A stretch of DNA of 64,000 nt from Candidatus Latescibacterota bacterium (GCA_965116875.1 OZ220733.1:1600001-1664000); one strand, 5' to 3'; shown: positions 1 through 9,665, counted from the first letter of the stretch. Translations and numbers: made by a program. Notes: a model not told the origin generated them from the sequence alone.

Positions 1-63
1 ACCATGAAGATACCTGAATAGAAAGGCGTAACACCGACGTTCGTGTTGCCACAACGATTCATA

Positions 64-103
64 CGAAGAAAGCCCGGCGGGAATACGCGCCGGGCTTTCT
101 TCG
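64..103. terminator. Intrinsic terminator-like hairpin, probably ending a gene that lies mostly left of the window
   Basis: Perfect 16-bp stem CGAAGAAAGCCCGGCG / CGCCGGGCTTTCTTCG with an 8-nt loop. Confidence 0.7.
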
Positions 104-121
104 TTGGCTGTCAGACAAAGG

Positions 122-1099
122 CGGGTAGACGTAAGCCGGGAGAGGGGAGAGACCGCATGCCGTAAAGGGTTTCTTCTCACGCCGCAGGCAAATCGGAGGA
201 ACAGATCGGCAAGGGCTTCTTCTCCCGTCTACCCTCTACCGTCTCCCCTCCTTTTGGCGACCTCTCTCCCCGGCCCTCTTGGAAAAAGCTATCAGCTATC
301 AGCCTAAAGCGAAAGGCAGAGTCAAGAGCGACCCCTCCCCCCGCAGACCTCTCTCCCCGGCCCTCTCTCCTAAAGGAAAGAGGGTGAAAAACAAAGATTA
401 CGCGACATGAATCACCTATGTCCGGAGCGAGGGCATCCTGCCCTCGAACTTCGAGCAACCGACGAGTTTGTATAACAAGGCCCTATTGCTTCCCTTCCCT
501 CCGAAACCAGGTCTGAAATAACGGCGCCGGGACCTCGCGAATCAGCCGCCGAGGGCAGGATGCCCTCGCTCCAGGGGAACCTTTCCCCCCGGCCCTCTCG
601 GAAAAAGCTGTCAGCTATCAGCATAAAGCGAAAGGCAGAGTCAAGAGCGACCCCTCCCCCCGCAGACCTCTCTCCCCGGCCCTCTCTCCTAAAGGAAAGA
701 GGGTGAAAAACAAAGATTACGCGACATGATCCAACCATGTTCGGAGCGAGGGCATCCTGCCCTCGGATAGCAGGTGATCCATCGACTCTCGCATCAAGTG
801 CCCACTGCTTCTCTTCCATCCGAAATCACATCTCAATTTACGGCGCCAAGGCATCGCGAAGCGGCCTTCGAGGGCAGGTAATCCATCGACTCTCGCATCA
901 AGTGCCCATTGCTTCTCTTCCATCCGAAATCACATCTCAATTAACGGCGCCAAGGCATCGCGAAACGGCCTTCGAGGGCAGGTAATCCATCGACTCTCGC
1001 ATCAAGGGCCCATTGCTTCTCTTCCATCCGAAATCACATCTCAATTTACGGCGCCAAGGCATCGCGAAGCGGCCTTCGAGGGCAGGATGCCCTCGCTCC
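122..1099 (+). repeat. Intergenic repeat mosaic 1: F element, two B-A-REP units, 104-bp tandem array
   Basis: About 165-bp direct repeat at 281-446 and 600-765; inverted 23-bp REP pairs at 424-446/550-572 and 743-765/1077-1099; the modules recur across the window. Confidence 0.9.
777..1086 (+). repeat. Three near-identical tandem 104-bp units inside an inverted REP pair
   Basis: Units start ATCCATCGACTCTCGCATCAAG at 777, 881 and 985. Confidence 0.95.
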
Positions 1100-1137
1100 A
1101 GGTGGGATGTCCGTGGCCTCGCGAAGACTGCCCTTTT

Positions 1138-2892
1138 TTACGGGCCGGTTTTTATGATTTTGATAACGTAGGTCCTGGGAGCTTCCGTGGCGTGTATCAC
1201 CTTGAAGCGCTTGGGATAGGCTTTTATGGCCGGCATGATATACTTCAGTTTTTCTTTAAAAATCGGGATATTGTCCAGCAGGATGTAGTCGAACTTGCTC
1301 AGCGCCTGCAGGGCTTCGGCGGGGTCCTCCGCGCGGGGGTATCCATCGGCTTCCCGCCGGGACCAGAACCACACCAGCCCCGGCTTTCGCGTGGAGACCC
1401 GGCTCTGTGTAGGGATATTGTCCCGCATCCAGATGCTGGCCTCGTAGTACGTCTTCCAATATCGATGGTAGCCCGGTGTCATGCGCTGGTTCTTGATGAT
1501 ATGATAATCGACGAATAACGAAGGCAGCAGAAACACGCAGGCCAGCAAAGCTGGGACGTGTCTGGCCAATACCGGACGCCGGAAGGCCGCTTTGTGTTTC
1601 GCGTATGCCGGATTTCGACGAGACCGAGGTAGCGGATTGGCGGAACCCGGTACGCTGGTACAGATTTTTTCCGCACCACTGAAAATGTACAGGAACATCA
1701 GGGGAAGAATGGGAAGCATGTAGCGGGCGGGAGAGCCGGGTAGAACAAAAAGCGTCGCAAGGTATCCCATAAAAAACCAGTCGTGGACCTCCAGGCTACG
1801 CAGGAGAGACAGCGGCTTTCTGTTCGCGGGTGTTCTCCCGAATACAAACCCGATGCCGATCAGAATCAGAACAAGCCAGCCAACGGGGCGCCAATTGGAG
1901 GAAATCTGTAGATCGTTGATATAAAGCCTGGGCAACACCATGTATTCCATGTTCTTCAGATAATCCACTGGGTTTTTTTGGAAGAAGTAATAAAGGAAAT
2001 TCCGCCAGAAGGAACCCGCCTCCCCCTCCGGGATGTATATTCCCGCGGCGATCTGGTTGATCATTCCCAGGTAGCCCTGGGACTCGGGGAAGTTGACCTT
2101 CAGATACATTACCCACGGAAGAACCCAGACGGAGACGCAGGCGACGAGAAGCAGGGGTTTCTTGATCTCCTTGCGAAGTGCACAATAGATGGTCGCCGCA
2201 ATCACCAGGTAGATGGACGGCGATTTTACGTGATAGGCCCAGCCCGCGGCGCAGGCGGCGGCAATCAGCCATTTCCAGGAAATGCCCGGTTGCTTGATAT
2301 ACTGAACGATGGCCCAGAGAGCGAGCATTAGGAAAGCCGGAAATGGCATGTCCGCCGTAACAATGTTCGAATATTCCACCGCCAGCCAGAAAGCGCCCGA
2401 AATCAGCGCGATCAGTAGCGCACGGCCGTTATCGATGAACTCACGGAGAACCAGAAATGTGCAGAACGGAAAAAGAAAACCGGAGAGGGCGACGGTTGCC
2501 TTGAGCGCGGTTACACTGTCAGGAAAAAGGACCACGGCCGGAATCAGCATCGTCTTCACACCCAGGCCGTACTGGCTGTCCAGCACGCCTTCGCCAGCCG
2601 CCAGCCGCCTGGCGTCCCTGATGTACGCGATATTGTCGCCGATAATATCCACCCACGCATTGCAGGTCAGAAGGTACACGCCGCAAATGGCGAGTGAACC
2701 CGCGACGGAAGCGGCCAAATGTCGATGGTCGGTAAGCCGTCCAAATGCAGCCAGCGCGGCGATGCAGAGAATCACGATCATAAACACGATCGTCGGCGCT
2801 GCCGTGGCCGGATTGAGTCGGTGGTAATACTGATAGAGGAAGAGTACCAGGAGGCACGGCGGAAGTATTCGTCTGAAAACTCGGGCGTTCAT
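1138..2892 (-). CDS. Polytopic membrane protein, probable GT-C (ArnT/PMT-like) glycosyltransferase
   Basis: Many hydrophobic segments; GD-x-x-x-Y loop after the early TMs; RYxxP motif; ATGA overlap with the upstream GT2. Confidence 0.65.
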   Translation of the reverse strand: MNARVFRRILPPCLLVLFLYQYYHRLNPATAAPTIVFMIVILCIAALAAFGRLTDHRHLAASVAGSLAICGVYLLTCNAWVDIIGDNIAYIRDARRLAAGEGVLDSQYGLGVKTMLIPAVVLFPDSVTALKATVALSGFLFPFCTFLVLREFIDNGRALLIALISGAFWLAVEYSNIVTADMPFPAFLMLALWAIVQYIKQPGISWKWLIAAACAAGWAYHVKSPSIYLVIAATIYCALRKEIKKPLLLVACVSVWVLPWVMYLKVNFPESQGYLGMINQIAAGIYIPEGEAGSFWRNFLYYFFQKNPVDYLKNMEYMVLPRLYINDLQISSNWRPVGWLVLILIGIGFVFGRTPANRKPLSLLRSLEVHDWFFMGYLATLFVLPGSPARYMLPILPLMFLYIFSGAEKICTSVPGSANPLPRSRRNPAYAKHKAAFRRPVLARHVPALLACVFLLPSLFVDYHIIKNQRMTPGYHRYWKTYYEASIWMRDNIPTQSRVSTRKPGLVWFWSRREADGYPRAEDPAEALQALSKFDYILLDNIPIFKEKLKYIMPAIKAYPKRFKVIHATEAPRTYVIKIIKTGP

Positions 2893-3629
2893 TGTCTGGA
2901 ATAGCGGTATTTGAGGAGGGTCTTGATATTGATGAAGAAGTCGGTCCAGCGCACCTTCTTGCCGGCGCGCACGTCCCGCCCGGTGTACGTAATCGGGACG
3001 TCAACGATCCGGCAGCCACGTTTCAGGAGCTTGGCTGTGAGTTCGTGTTCCAGGTCGAAGCCGTCGCGTACCAGCGGGATCTCACGCACGGTATCGGTCC
3101 GATAGAGTTTGTACCCGGTGCAGAGATCCGTGATCCGGGAAAAAAAGAGGAGATTGGTAAACCAGGTGAGCAGTTTGTTGGCGATGAAGTTCGGCAGCAT
3201 CATGCCTTCGATCCGGCCGAGAAAACGCGAACCGAACACCGCGACGATGGATGGGTCTCTCAGAAAGGGGGCGATCAGCTCGGGGTAGTCTTCAGGCGCG
3301 TATTCCAGGTCGGCATCCTGAATGAGGACCCAGTCTCCGGTCGCATGCGCAAGGGCCGTTCTCACGGCCGCGCCTTTTCCCCTGTTCCGGGGATGGCGGA
3401 CAACCCGGATACCGGGATCGTCCAGGTTATCGAGAATGGCGCCGGTCCCGTCGGTGGATCCGTCATCCACCACGATGATCTCCCTGCCAACGCCTTCCTG
3501 GACCGGTACGGCCCTGACGCGGTCGATCACGGCGCCGAGCGTTTTCGCCTCGTTGTAGACGGGAATCATGATGGACAGCAGGTGTATCCGCGAGCCAATC
3601 TCAGGACCCGTGTTCCCGCGGCGCTTCAC
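2889..3629 (-). CDS. GT2 glycosyltransferase, polyprenol-phosphate (DPM1/ArnC-like) type
   Basis: IPVYNE, VDDGSTDGT, NRGKGAA, QDADLEY and GSRF motifs; start moved to GTG at 3629, which overlaps the kinase stop (GTGA). Confidence 0.88.
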   Translation of the reverse strand: MKRRGNTGPEIGSRIHLLSIMIPVYNEAKTLGAVIDRVRAVPVQEGVGREIIVVDDGSTDGTGAILDNLDDPGIRVVRHPRNRGKGAAVRTALAHATGDWVLIQDADLEYAPEDYPELIAPFLRDPSIVAVFGSRFLGRIEGMMLPNFIANKLLTWFTNLLFFSRITDLCTGYKLYRTDTVREIPLVRDGFDLEHELTAKLLKRGCRIVDVPITYTGRDVRAGKKVRWTDFFINIKTLLKYRYSRQ

Positions 3630-4711
3630 AGCCCAACCTGCCTGACGTCGAGGCCGGCGGCATCCACCGTCGCGGGGAGGATCCGCGCCATGGGGACCGC
3701 GGACAATACATCGCGCCAGGCGGCCGAGAATTCCGGCACGAGTTCGGATTGCGGCGCAAGCGCCCAGACGCATCCGCCGTTACCGCTGCCCGCGGTGGCG
3801 AATCCCGCTCCGAATTCCGCGCAGACGTCCTGGAGCTTTTCTCCGAGCACGGTCATCCGGGCCGGCACGATCGCGCAGCGAATCGCGGTTTCCTCGTCCA
3901 TCAACTCGCCCGCCGTCTCCCAGTCGGCCCGTTTCAGCGCCCCGGCGAATTCCGCGGCGATTTCATTGACCCGGAACCACCGGCCGCGATGCCGGCCCGA
4001 CAGAAAGTCCTCTACCTGCCGGCTGTTGACGTCGTTGGAATCGTGCGGTTTGCCAATATAGGCGATCAGCAGACGGTCGCCCAGGGCGCTATGCTGATCC
4101 CGGGAGAGAATCGGCTCCCTGCGAAACTTTCCACCCGGGTTGCCGTAGGTCCAGCGCCAGGTATTGACGCCCCCGAACGCGGCGGCGCACTGGTCCTGCA
4201 GGCCGGTATAGGAGAACCGGAGGCCGTCTTCGATATTGTAGACGATCTCCACGATTTCCTCCGGCGAAAGACGCTCGCCTCCAACCCGTTCTCTGGCGCA
4301 GGCGAGAGACCCGGCCAGGGCCACGGAGAGCGTGCCGGACCCGCCCACGCCGCTGCGGGGCGGGCAGCCGTACGAGATCTCGATTTCAACGCCGCCCAGC
4401 GCGAAATGAGCCGCAATCGCGAACAGAAGTCCGAAATGGCCCGTCATGTCGGGCGCGTCCGCGGGAAATGTCTCGCGATGGAATTCGTCCAGAATCCGGA
4501 CGTAGCCCGGCTCGCAGGCCCTGAGGCGGATGCCGGTGCGCGCGGAAATGGCGATATTGGTTGTGGCGGGATTCAGGCTGGCGTAGGGCATCGCGAAACA
4601 CTTGAGGTCCCACGTGCCGCCAACGTCCAGCCGGCACGGCGCGGAGGATAGAATTTCGACCGTCTGTAAGTATTCGCTGAGATCGGTGAATGCTTTGTGC
4701 ATGGTTGTCAA
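3626..4711 (-). CDS. GHMP-family sugar kinase, HddA (heptose-7-phosphate kinase)-like
   Basis: APCRLDVGGTWD, PPRSGVGGSG, GLQDQCAAAFGG and GSGNGG motifs. Confidence 0.75.
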   Translation of the reverse strand: MTTMHKAFTDLSEYLQTVEILSSAPCRLDVGGTWDLKCFAMPYASLNPATTNIAISARTGIRLRACEPGYVRILDEFHRETFPADAPDMTGHFGLLFAIAAHFALGGVEIEISYGCPPRSGVGGSGTLSVALAGSLACARERVGGERLSPEEIVEIVYNIEDGLRFSYTGLQDQCAAAFGGVNTWRWTYGNPGGKFRREPILSRDQHSALGDRLLIAYIGKPHDSNDVNSRQVEDFLSGRHRGRWFRVNEIAAEFAGALKRADWETAGELMDEETAIRCAIVPARMTVLGEKLQDVCAEFGAGFATAGSGNGGCVWALAPQSELVPEFSAAWRDVLSAVPMARILPATVDAAGLDVRQVGL

Positions 4712-4733
4712 CGTCTCTATGGGTTTTATGAGG

Positions 4734-5127
4734 GCGACCCCTCCCCCCGCAGACCTCTCTCCCCTGCCCTCTCAGACAAAGCTGTCAGCTATCAGCTCTC
4801 AGCCGTCAGCCAAAAGCGTAAGGCAAAATCAAAAGCAACCCCTGCTCCCAGCCCCGCAGACCTCTCTCCCCGGCCCTCTCTCCTAAAGGAAAGAGGGTGA
4901 AAAACAAAGATTACGCGACATGATCCACCCATGTTCGGAGCGAGTGCATCCTGCCCTCGCTCCGCGGCGTAGGTCCAGGAAGTGGGGAGACGGTAGAGGG
5001 TAGAGATCGCATGCCGTAAAGGGTTTCTTCTCATGCCGCAGGCGAGTCGGAGGAACAATTCGGCGAGGGCTTCTTCTCCCGTCTACCGGCTCCCGTCTCC
5101 CCGCTTTTCTTCCTTCTTCCTTTTTCC
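4734..5127 (+). repeat. Intergenic repeat mosaic 2 (half-A, B, A, degenerate REP-C, F, pyrimidine heptamers)
   Basis: 4857-4958 nearly identical to 663-765; 4984-5102 homologous to 122-247. Confidence 0.9.
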
Positions 5128-6087
5128 TCATGCCCTTGGATGGAAGGTGCGGTGGACTTCCTTCAGGTATTCGCGGTCCACGTGGGTGTAGATCTGCGTT
5201 GTTGAAATGTCCACGTGCCCCAGCATTTCCTGCACGGCCCTGAGGTCGGCGCCGCCCTCCAGCAAATGGGTTGCGAACGAGTGGCGCATCGTGTGCGGAC
5301 TGACCGGTTTTTGGATACCGGCGTTCTGAACGCAGCGCCTCAATATCTTCCACACGCCCATCCGCGACATGGGCCCGCCGCGGAAATTCAGGAAAACCGT
5401 ATTCCCGGACGCCGGACCGTTCAATTCCTCACGTGCGCCTGTCAGATAGCGATTGACCCACGCCACGCCTTCCGTTCCGATGGGTACGATCCGCTCCCGG
5501 CTGCCCTTGCCGAGCACGCGCACCACCTCCAGGTCGAACAGGAGATGCATCCGTTCCAGGCCGATCAGTTCCGAAACCCGGAGACCCGCCCCGTACAACA
5601 TCTCGAGCAGCGCACGGTCCCGGAGACCCAGCGTCGTCTCCACGTCCGGCTCCATCATCAGACGTTCCACTTCGTATATGTTCAGGACGGCTGGCAGTTT
5701 CCGGCCCAGTTTGGGCGACTTCATATGCTCGGTGGGGTCGTTTTCGATCAACCCCTCCGCCTGCAGGTACCGATGAAACATCCGGACGGCGGTGAGGTTT
5801 CGCGCCACGCTGGACGCTTCCAGGCCGAGTTCCCCCAGCACCCTCAAAAGCGAGGATACGTCCGCCTGCGACACGCGGACCGGCGTTGTTACGCCCCGCG
5901 CCTCCAGCACGGTGGCGTACCGTTCCAGGTCCCGGCCATAGGCCAAAACCGTATTTTCGGCCAGACCCTGCTCCAGGTGCACGTAATCCATGAATCCGCG
6001 CAGCGCATTGCGCCACTCCGCGGTCAGGCCCTGTTCGCCCGCATCGCTATCGGTCACAACCGCCATTCCCGCGTTCTCCCGCGTCAC
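5128..6087 (-). CDS. xerD: Tyrosine recombinase XerD
   Basis: LYGAGLRVSE, GKG, HTMRHSFATHLLEGGADLRAVQEMLGH and TTQIYTH motifs, C-terminal HPRA; start GTG 6087 (overlaps the ogt stop) or ATG 6066. Confidence 0.92.
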   Translation of the reverse strand: MTRENAGMAVVTDSDAGEQGLTAEWRNALRGFMDYVHLEQGLAENTVLAYGRDLERYATVLEARGVTTPVRVSQADVSSLLRVLGELGLEASSVARNLTAVRMFHRYLQAEGLIENDPTEHMKSPKLGRKLPAVLNIYEVERLMMEPDVETTLGLRDRALLEMLYGAGLRVSELIGLERMHLLFDLEVVRVLGKGSRERIVPIGTEGVAWVNRYLTGAREELNGPASGNTVFLNFRGGPMSRMGVWKILRRCVQNAGIQKPVSPHTMRHSFATHLLEGGADLRAVQEMLGHVDISTTQIYTHVDREYLKEVHRTFHPRA

Positions 6088-6608
6088 CCGTTTCCCTCCA
6101 ACGCCAGCAGGGCGGCTTTCCACTCGCCGCCGTAGGCAAAACCCGTCAACGCCCCGGAAGCCCCAACAACCCTGTGGCATGGCACCACGATCACAACCGG
6201 GTTCTTCCCGAGCGCGGCGCCCACCGCACGGGCGGCTCTCGGGCGTCCAACGGCGTTCGCAACGTCGCCGTATGACCGCCGGCCGCCGTACGGGATCTCC
6301 CGCGTCGCCCGCCAGACCATCCCCTGAAAAGCCGTATAGCCGGAGAGGTCCGGGAGATCGTGAAACCGTATTGGCTCGCCGGAAAAATAACCGGACAGAG
6401 CGTCGATGAGGCGCTGCCCCGCCGGATCCGGGGGATTGCCCTCCACCAGCGCGGGTCGGGCGATATCGACCTGCCCGAAGCGCCCCAGCCGGACAGACGC
6501 CAGACGGGATCCCGCCCAGGCGACCTCGACCCGGCCCAGGGCCGTCTGAAGGAGGGCGGACGTCGTTGATGACGTCGCGACGATTCCATTCTTCATTACG
6601 TTCTCCAC
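6084..6608 (-). CDS. ogt: Methylated-DNA--protein-cysteine methyltransferase
   Basis: IPYG, RAVG and PCHRV active-site motif. Confidence 0.92.
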   Translation of the reverse strand: MENVMKNGIVATSSTTSALLQTALGRVEVAWAGSRLASVRLGRFGQVDIARPALVEGNPPDPAGQRLIDALSGYFSGEPIRFHDLPDLSGYTAFQGMVWRATREIPYGGRRSYGDVANAVGRPRAARAVGAALGKNPVVIVVPCHRVVGASGALTGFAYGGEWKAALLALEGNG

Positions 6609-6639
6609 GTTAATGGGCCGCGCTCTCGGCCCTTAGATA

Positions 6640-7115
6640 AAGCTGTCAGCTATCAGCCGTTAGCCATCAGCCAAGATCAAAAGCGAAAGGCAAAGTCAAG
6701 AGCGACCCCTCCCCCCGCAGACCTCTCTCCCCGGCCCTCTCTCCCACCGGGAGAGAGGGAGGAAAGGCACACGTCGCGTGCCGGTCATTGATAGACACTC
6801 CGATTGAAAGGGTATCGCCATCCGGCACATCACAAAGCCTGTAAGTCAACCCATCAACGTCCCCCCTTCCTTCAGGAAGGGGGTTAGGGGGTAGGTCCGG
6901 GAAAGAGGGGGAAAGGCCTGGTTTCGCGTACCGGTTATTGATAGACATTCTGATTTTCAAGGAAACGCCACCGGTTTTTCGCTCTCCTCAGCAATCCGCT
7001 TCCATTCGATTCTTGCGAGAGTCCGATTGCAGAAGTGACAGACGTCAAAGTTACCGCTACTTCCTCCTTTTTCATTCTTCCTTCTTCCTTCAGAAAGGGG
7101 CCTAGGGGGTAGGTC
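6640..7115 (+). repeat. Intergenic repeat mosaic 3 (B, A, G', G)
   Basis: 6780-6912 matches 61625-61756; 6931-7115 matches 46388-46580 and 60861-61046. Confidence 0.9.
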
Positions 7116-8994
7116 TCGACAGATCGCTCGCCAATTGTTCCGCGATCTGTTCGGCAAGCTTCGGTCCGATGCCCTCCACCGCCGCGAGTTCCGATGCGCG
7201 CGCCTCCAGGACCTTTTTCATGGATCCGAAGTGCGCCAGCAGCGCCTTTCGCCGGGACGGTCCCACCCCGTCGAGCTCATCCAGCCGGGAAGCCAGCGTT
7301 CGTTTCTGCCTCAGCTTGCGGTGGTAGGTCACGGCGAACCGGTGCGATTCGTCCCGGACGGCCTGCAACAGCTTGAGCGCCGCCGATGCCTTGGGGATAT
7401 TCTGCGGGTCCGGGTGGGCCGGCAGGAAAACTTCCTCGAGACGCTTGGCAAGGCCGATCACCGGCTGGTCCCGGACGCCGATCTCATTCAACGCCGCCAC
7501 CGCGCTCGAGAGCTGCCCCTTTCCGCCGTCGATCAGCAGCAGATCGGGAAACGCCCGTCCCTCCTCCATCAGGCGTTTGAAACGCCGCGTCACCACCTGC
7601 CGCATCATCGCGAAATCGTCGGGGCCCTCGATACCCGTAATCCTGAAGTGCCTGTACTCGGACTTTCGGGGGCGGCCGTCAACGAAACACACCAGCGACG
7701 CCACGGGGTCCGACCCCTGGAAATTCGAAATGTCCATGGCCTCGATCCGCTTTGGGGGCCGCTCGAGGCGCAGGTCGCGCTGCAGCGCGGACACGGCGGC
7801 GGGCGCCTGGGACCTCCTGTTCTCCCGCCTCAACCGGCGCTCGCTGAGCAAAAGCGCGGCGTTGTTCTCCGCCATCCTCACCAGCCGCGCCTTGTCGCCC
7901 CGCTGCGGCACCCGGATTTCCACCAGACCCCCCGCCCGTCCCCTCAGCCAGTCCAGCACGGTCTCGCGCGACTCGATATCGCACGGCAGGCAGATCTCCT
8001 CGGGCACGAAGGACGCCGTCAGATAGAGCAACTGCACGAAGGAGCCAACCACCTCTTCGATCGGCGCGTCCAGCACGCCGCCCAGGAAGTAGTGCTGCCT
8101 CCCGATCAGCCTTCCCTCGCGTACCTCCATCACCACGCAGCAGGCTTCGTCGTCTTCCCTGGCTACCGCGATGGTGTCCCAGTCTTTCTGTTCCGCGGAC
8201 ACCACCCTCTGGCGGTTGGTCGTCTGCTCCAGGTCGCGCAGTCGATCCCGGTAGACCACGGCCTCCTCGAATCGCTGTTCGGCAGCCGCGTTTCGCATGC
8301 GTTTCTTCAGCGCGGCCACCACCTGTGTATGCCGCCCCGTCAGAAACAGCACGGCTTCGCGCACGATCTTGCGGTATTCCGCTGCCTGGATAAGCCCCTC
8401 GCACGGTCCGTCGCAACGTTTGATCTCATAGTCGAGGCAGAGACGGACGTTCGTTGACGGCAACGCGTAATCACAGCTCCGTATACGGAACAGCCGGTGC
8501 ATGGTTTCGAGGGTCCGCCGCAGGGCCTTGACGTCCGTATAGGGTCCCAGATAACGCGAACCGTCCTTGACCACGTCGCGCGTAAACAGAATCCTGGGAA
8601 AGGGCTCGTCCGTAATCCGGACAAACGGGTACTTCTTGTCGTCTTTCAGATTGATGTTGTACCGGGGCTTATGCTCCTTGATCAGATTGGACTCCAGGAT
8701 CAGGGCATCCACCTCCGTATCCGCCACGATATATTCCAGGTCCCGCGCGTTTCGTACAAGCGCACGGAACTGACGCCGTCCGTCGTCCGCGTTGGACCGG
8801 ATGTAGGATTGCGCCCGGCTTCGCAGGCACTTTGCCTTTCCTATATAGATGATCCGCCCCAGTTCGTCCTTCAACATATACACGCCGGGTTCCCGCGGCA
8901 TATGAGACACGATCTCATTGAGGCGCCTGCGCACGGCTTTGCGGCTCCTTCCGGCCGGCGCCGCGCTACGTTTTTCCGTTCCCGAGTTCATCAT
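7102..8994 (-). CDS. uvrC: Excinuclease ABC subunit C
   Basis: PGVY..IYIGKAK GIY-YIG domain, UVR domain, RIEAMDIS, LIDGGKGQL, RDESHRFA and HhH C-terminus. Confidence 0.97.
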   Translation of the reverse strand: MMNSGTEKRSAAPAGRSRKAVRRRLNEIVSHMPREPGVYMLKDELGRIIYIGKAKCLRSRAQSYIRSNADDGRRQFRALVRNARDLEYIVADTEVDALILESNLIKEHKPRYNINLKDDKKYPFVRITDEPFPRILFTRDVVKDGSRYLGPYTDVKALRRTLETMHRLFRIRSCDYALPSTNVRLCLDYEIKRCDGPCEGLIQAAEYRKIVREAVLFLTGRHTQVVAALKKRMRNAAAEQRFEEAVVYRDRLRDLEQTTNRQRVVSAEQKDWDTIAVAREDDEACCVVMEVREGRLIGRQHYFLGGVLDAPIEEVVGSFVQLLYLTASFVPEEICLPCDIESRETVLDWLRGRAGGLVEIRVPQRGDKARLVRMAENNAALLLSERRLRRENRRSQAPAAVSALQRDLRLERPPKRIEAMDISNFQGSDPVASLVCFVDGRPRKSEYRHFRITGIEGPDDFAMMRQVVTRRFKRLMEEGRAFPDLLLIDGGKGQLSSAVAALNEIGVRDQPVIGLAKRLEEVFLPAHPDPQNIPKASAALKLLQAVRDESHRFAVTYHRKLRQKRTLASRLDELDGVGPSRRKALLAHFGSMKKVLEARASELAAVEGIGPKLAEQIAEQLASDLSRPTP

Positions 8995-9027
8995 CCAAAC
9001 CTTGTTCGGGGACGCAGCGTCCCGTGG

Positions 9028-9531
9028 TCATATGCCCAGAATCTCGACGTGGAGGCGGTACAGATCCAGCAGCCCTACCGTGCACCGGCCGGTTACCCAG
9101 CCGCCCGCCTCCCCGGGATTGACGACCAGTGTTCCACCGGTGCGGACGTCGATCTCGTGGGTATGACCGTAGACGATCACGTCGTACGCGCCGCTTGCCG
9201 CCAGCGCATCCACTTCGTCGGGTTCGTGAAGGACCAGCATCCGCCTGCCCTCGTGCACGAATGCATACGGCGCGCGGTGGATGGCGCCCAGCGGCTCGAA
9301 CTGGGCGCGAAGCCCGAAGCGCTCGCCGTCGTTATTGCCGAAAACGCCCACCATGGGCGCGTTCAGGCCGGCCATCCATTTGGCGTTGAAGGGCGCGATA
9401 TAGTCCCCGGCGTGCACCACCAGGCCGACCTCCCGTTCGTTGAATAACGCCGTTGCCCTCTCCACCGACGCCTTGTTGTCGTGCGTGTCGGCAATCAGTC
9501 CCACCAGATGCGCGTGTGCCATGGCGACCAT
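9028..9531 (-). CDS. Metallophosphoesterase (YfcE/MJ0936 family)
   Basis: DTH, HAGD, GNND, GHTH and NPG motifs. Confidence 0.9.
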   Translation of the reverse strand: MVAMAHAHLVGLIADTHDNKASVERATALFNEREVGLVVHAGDYIAPFNAKWMAGLNAPMVGVFGNNDGERFGLRAQFEPLGAIHRAPYAFVHEGRRMLVLHEPDEVDALAASGAYDVIVYGHTHEIDVRTGGTLVVNPGEAGGWVTGRCTVGLLDLYRLHVEILGI

Positions 9532-9665
9532 CCGTTCGGTTGTGGTTTTCGAAGACAGGATTTCTGCTCGGGAAAGGAGACAAAATCAGTGCCCCGTCCC
9601 GCCCGCGGGCGCCTTCCGATTTCAAGACAAACTTACGCCTCCTCGGTGGTTTTGTCAACCGGAGG

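Noticed and set aside
104-985. Short ORFs in repeat mosaics (also 4602-5058, 6667-7157, 24343-24778, 43420-44259, 60445-61651, 62658-63002)
   Set aside because: They are translations of repeat modules that give the same peptides (PLSPALSPKG, SCQLSAIS, GQDALAP) in varying frames
777-1086. CRISPR array
   Set aside because: Units are 104-bp whole-unit repeats with no unique spacers, and there are no cas genes in the window
5128-6087. Integron integrase driving the repeat-flanked cassettes
   Set aside because: Sequence is typical XerD with no IntI-specific insertion, in a housekeeping context; I recognised no attC sites
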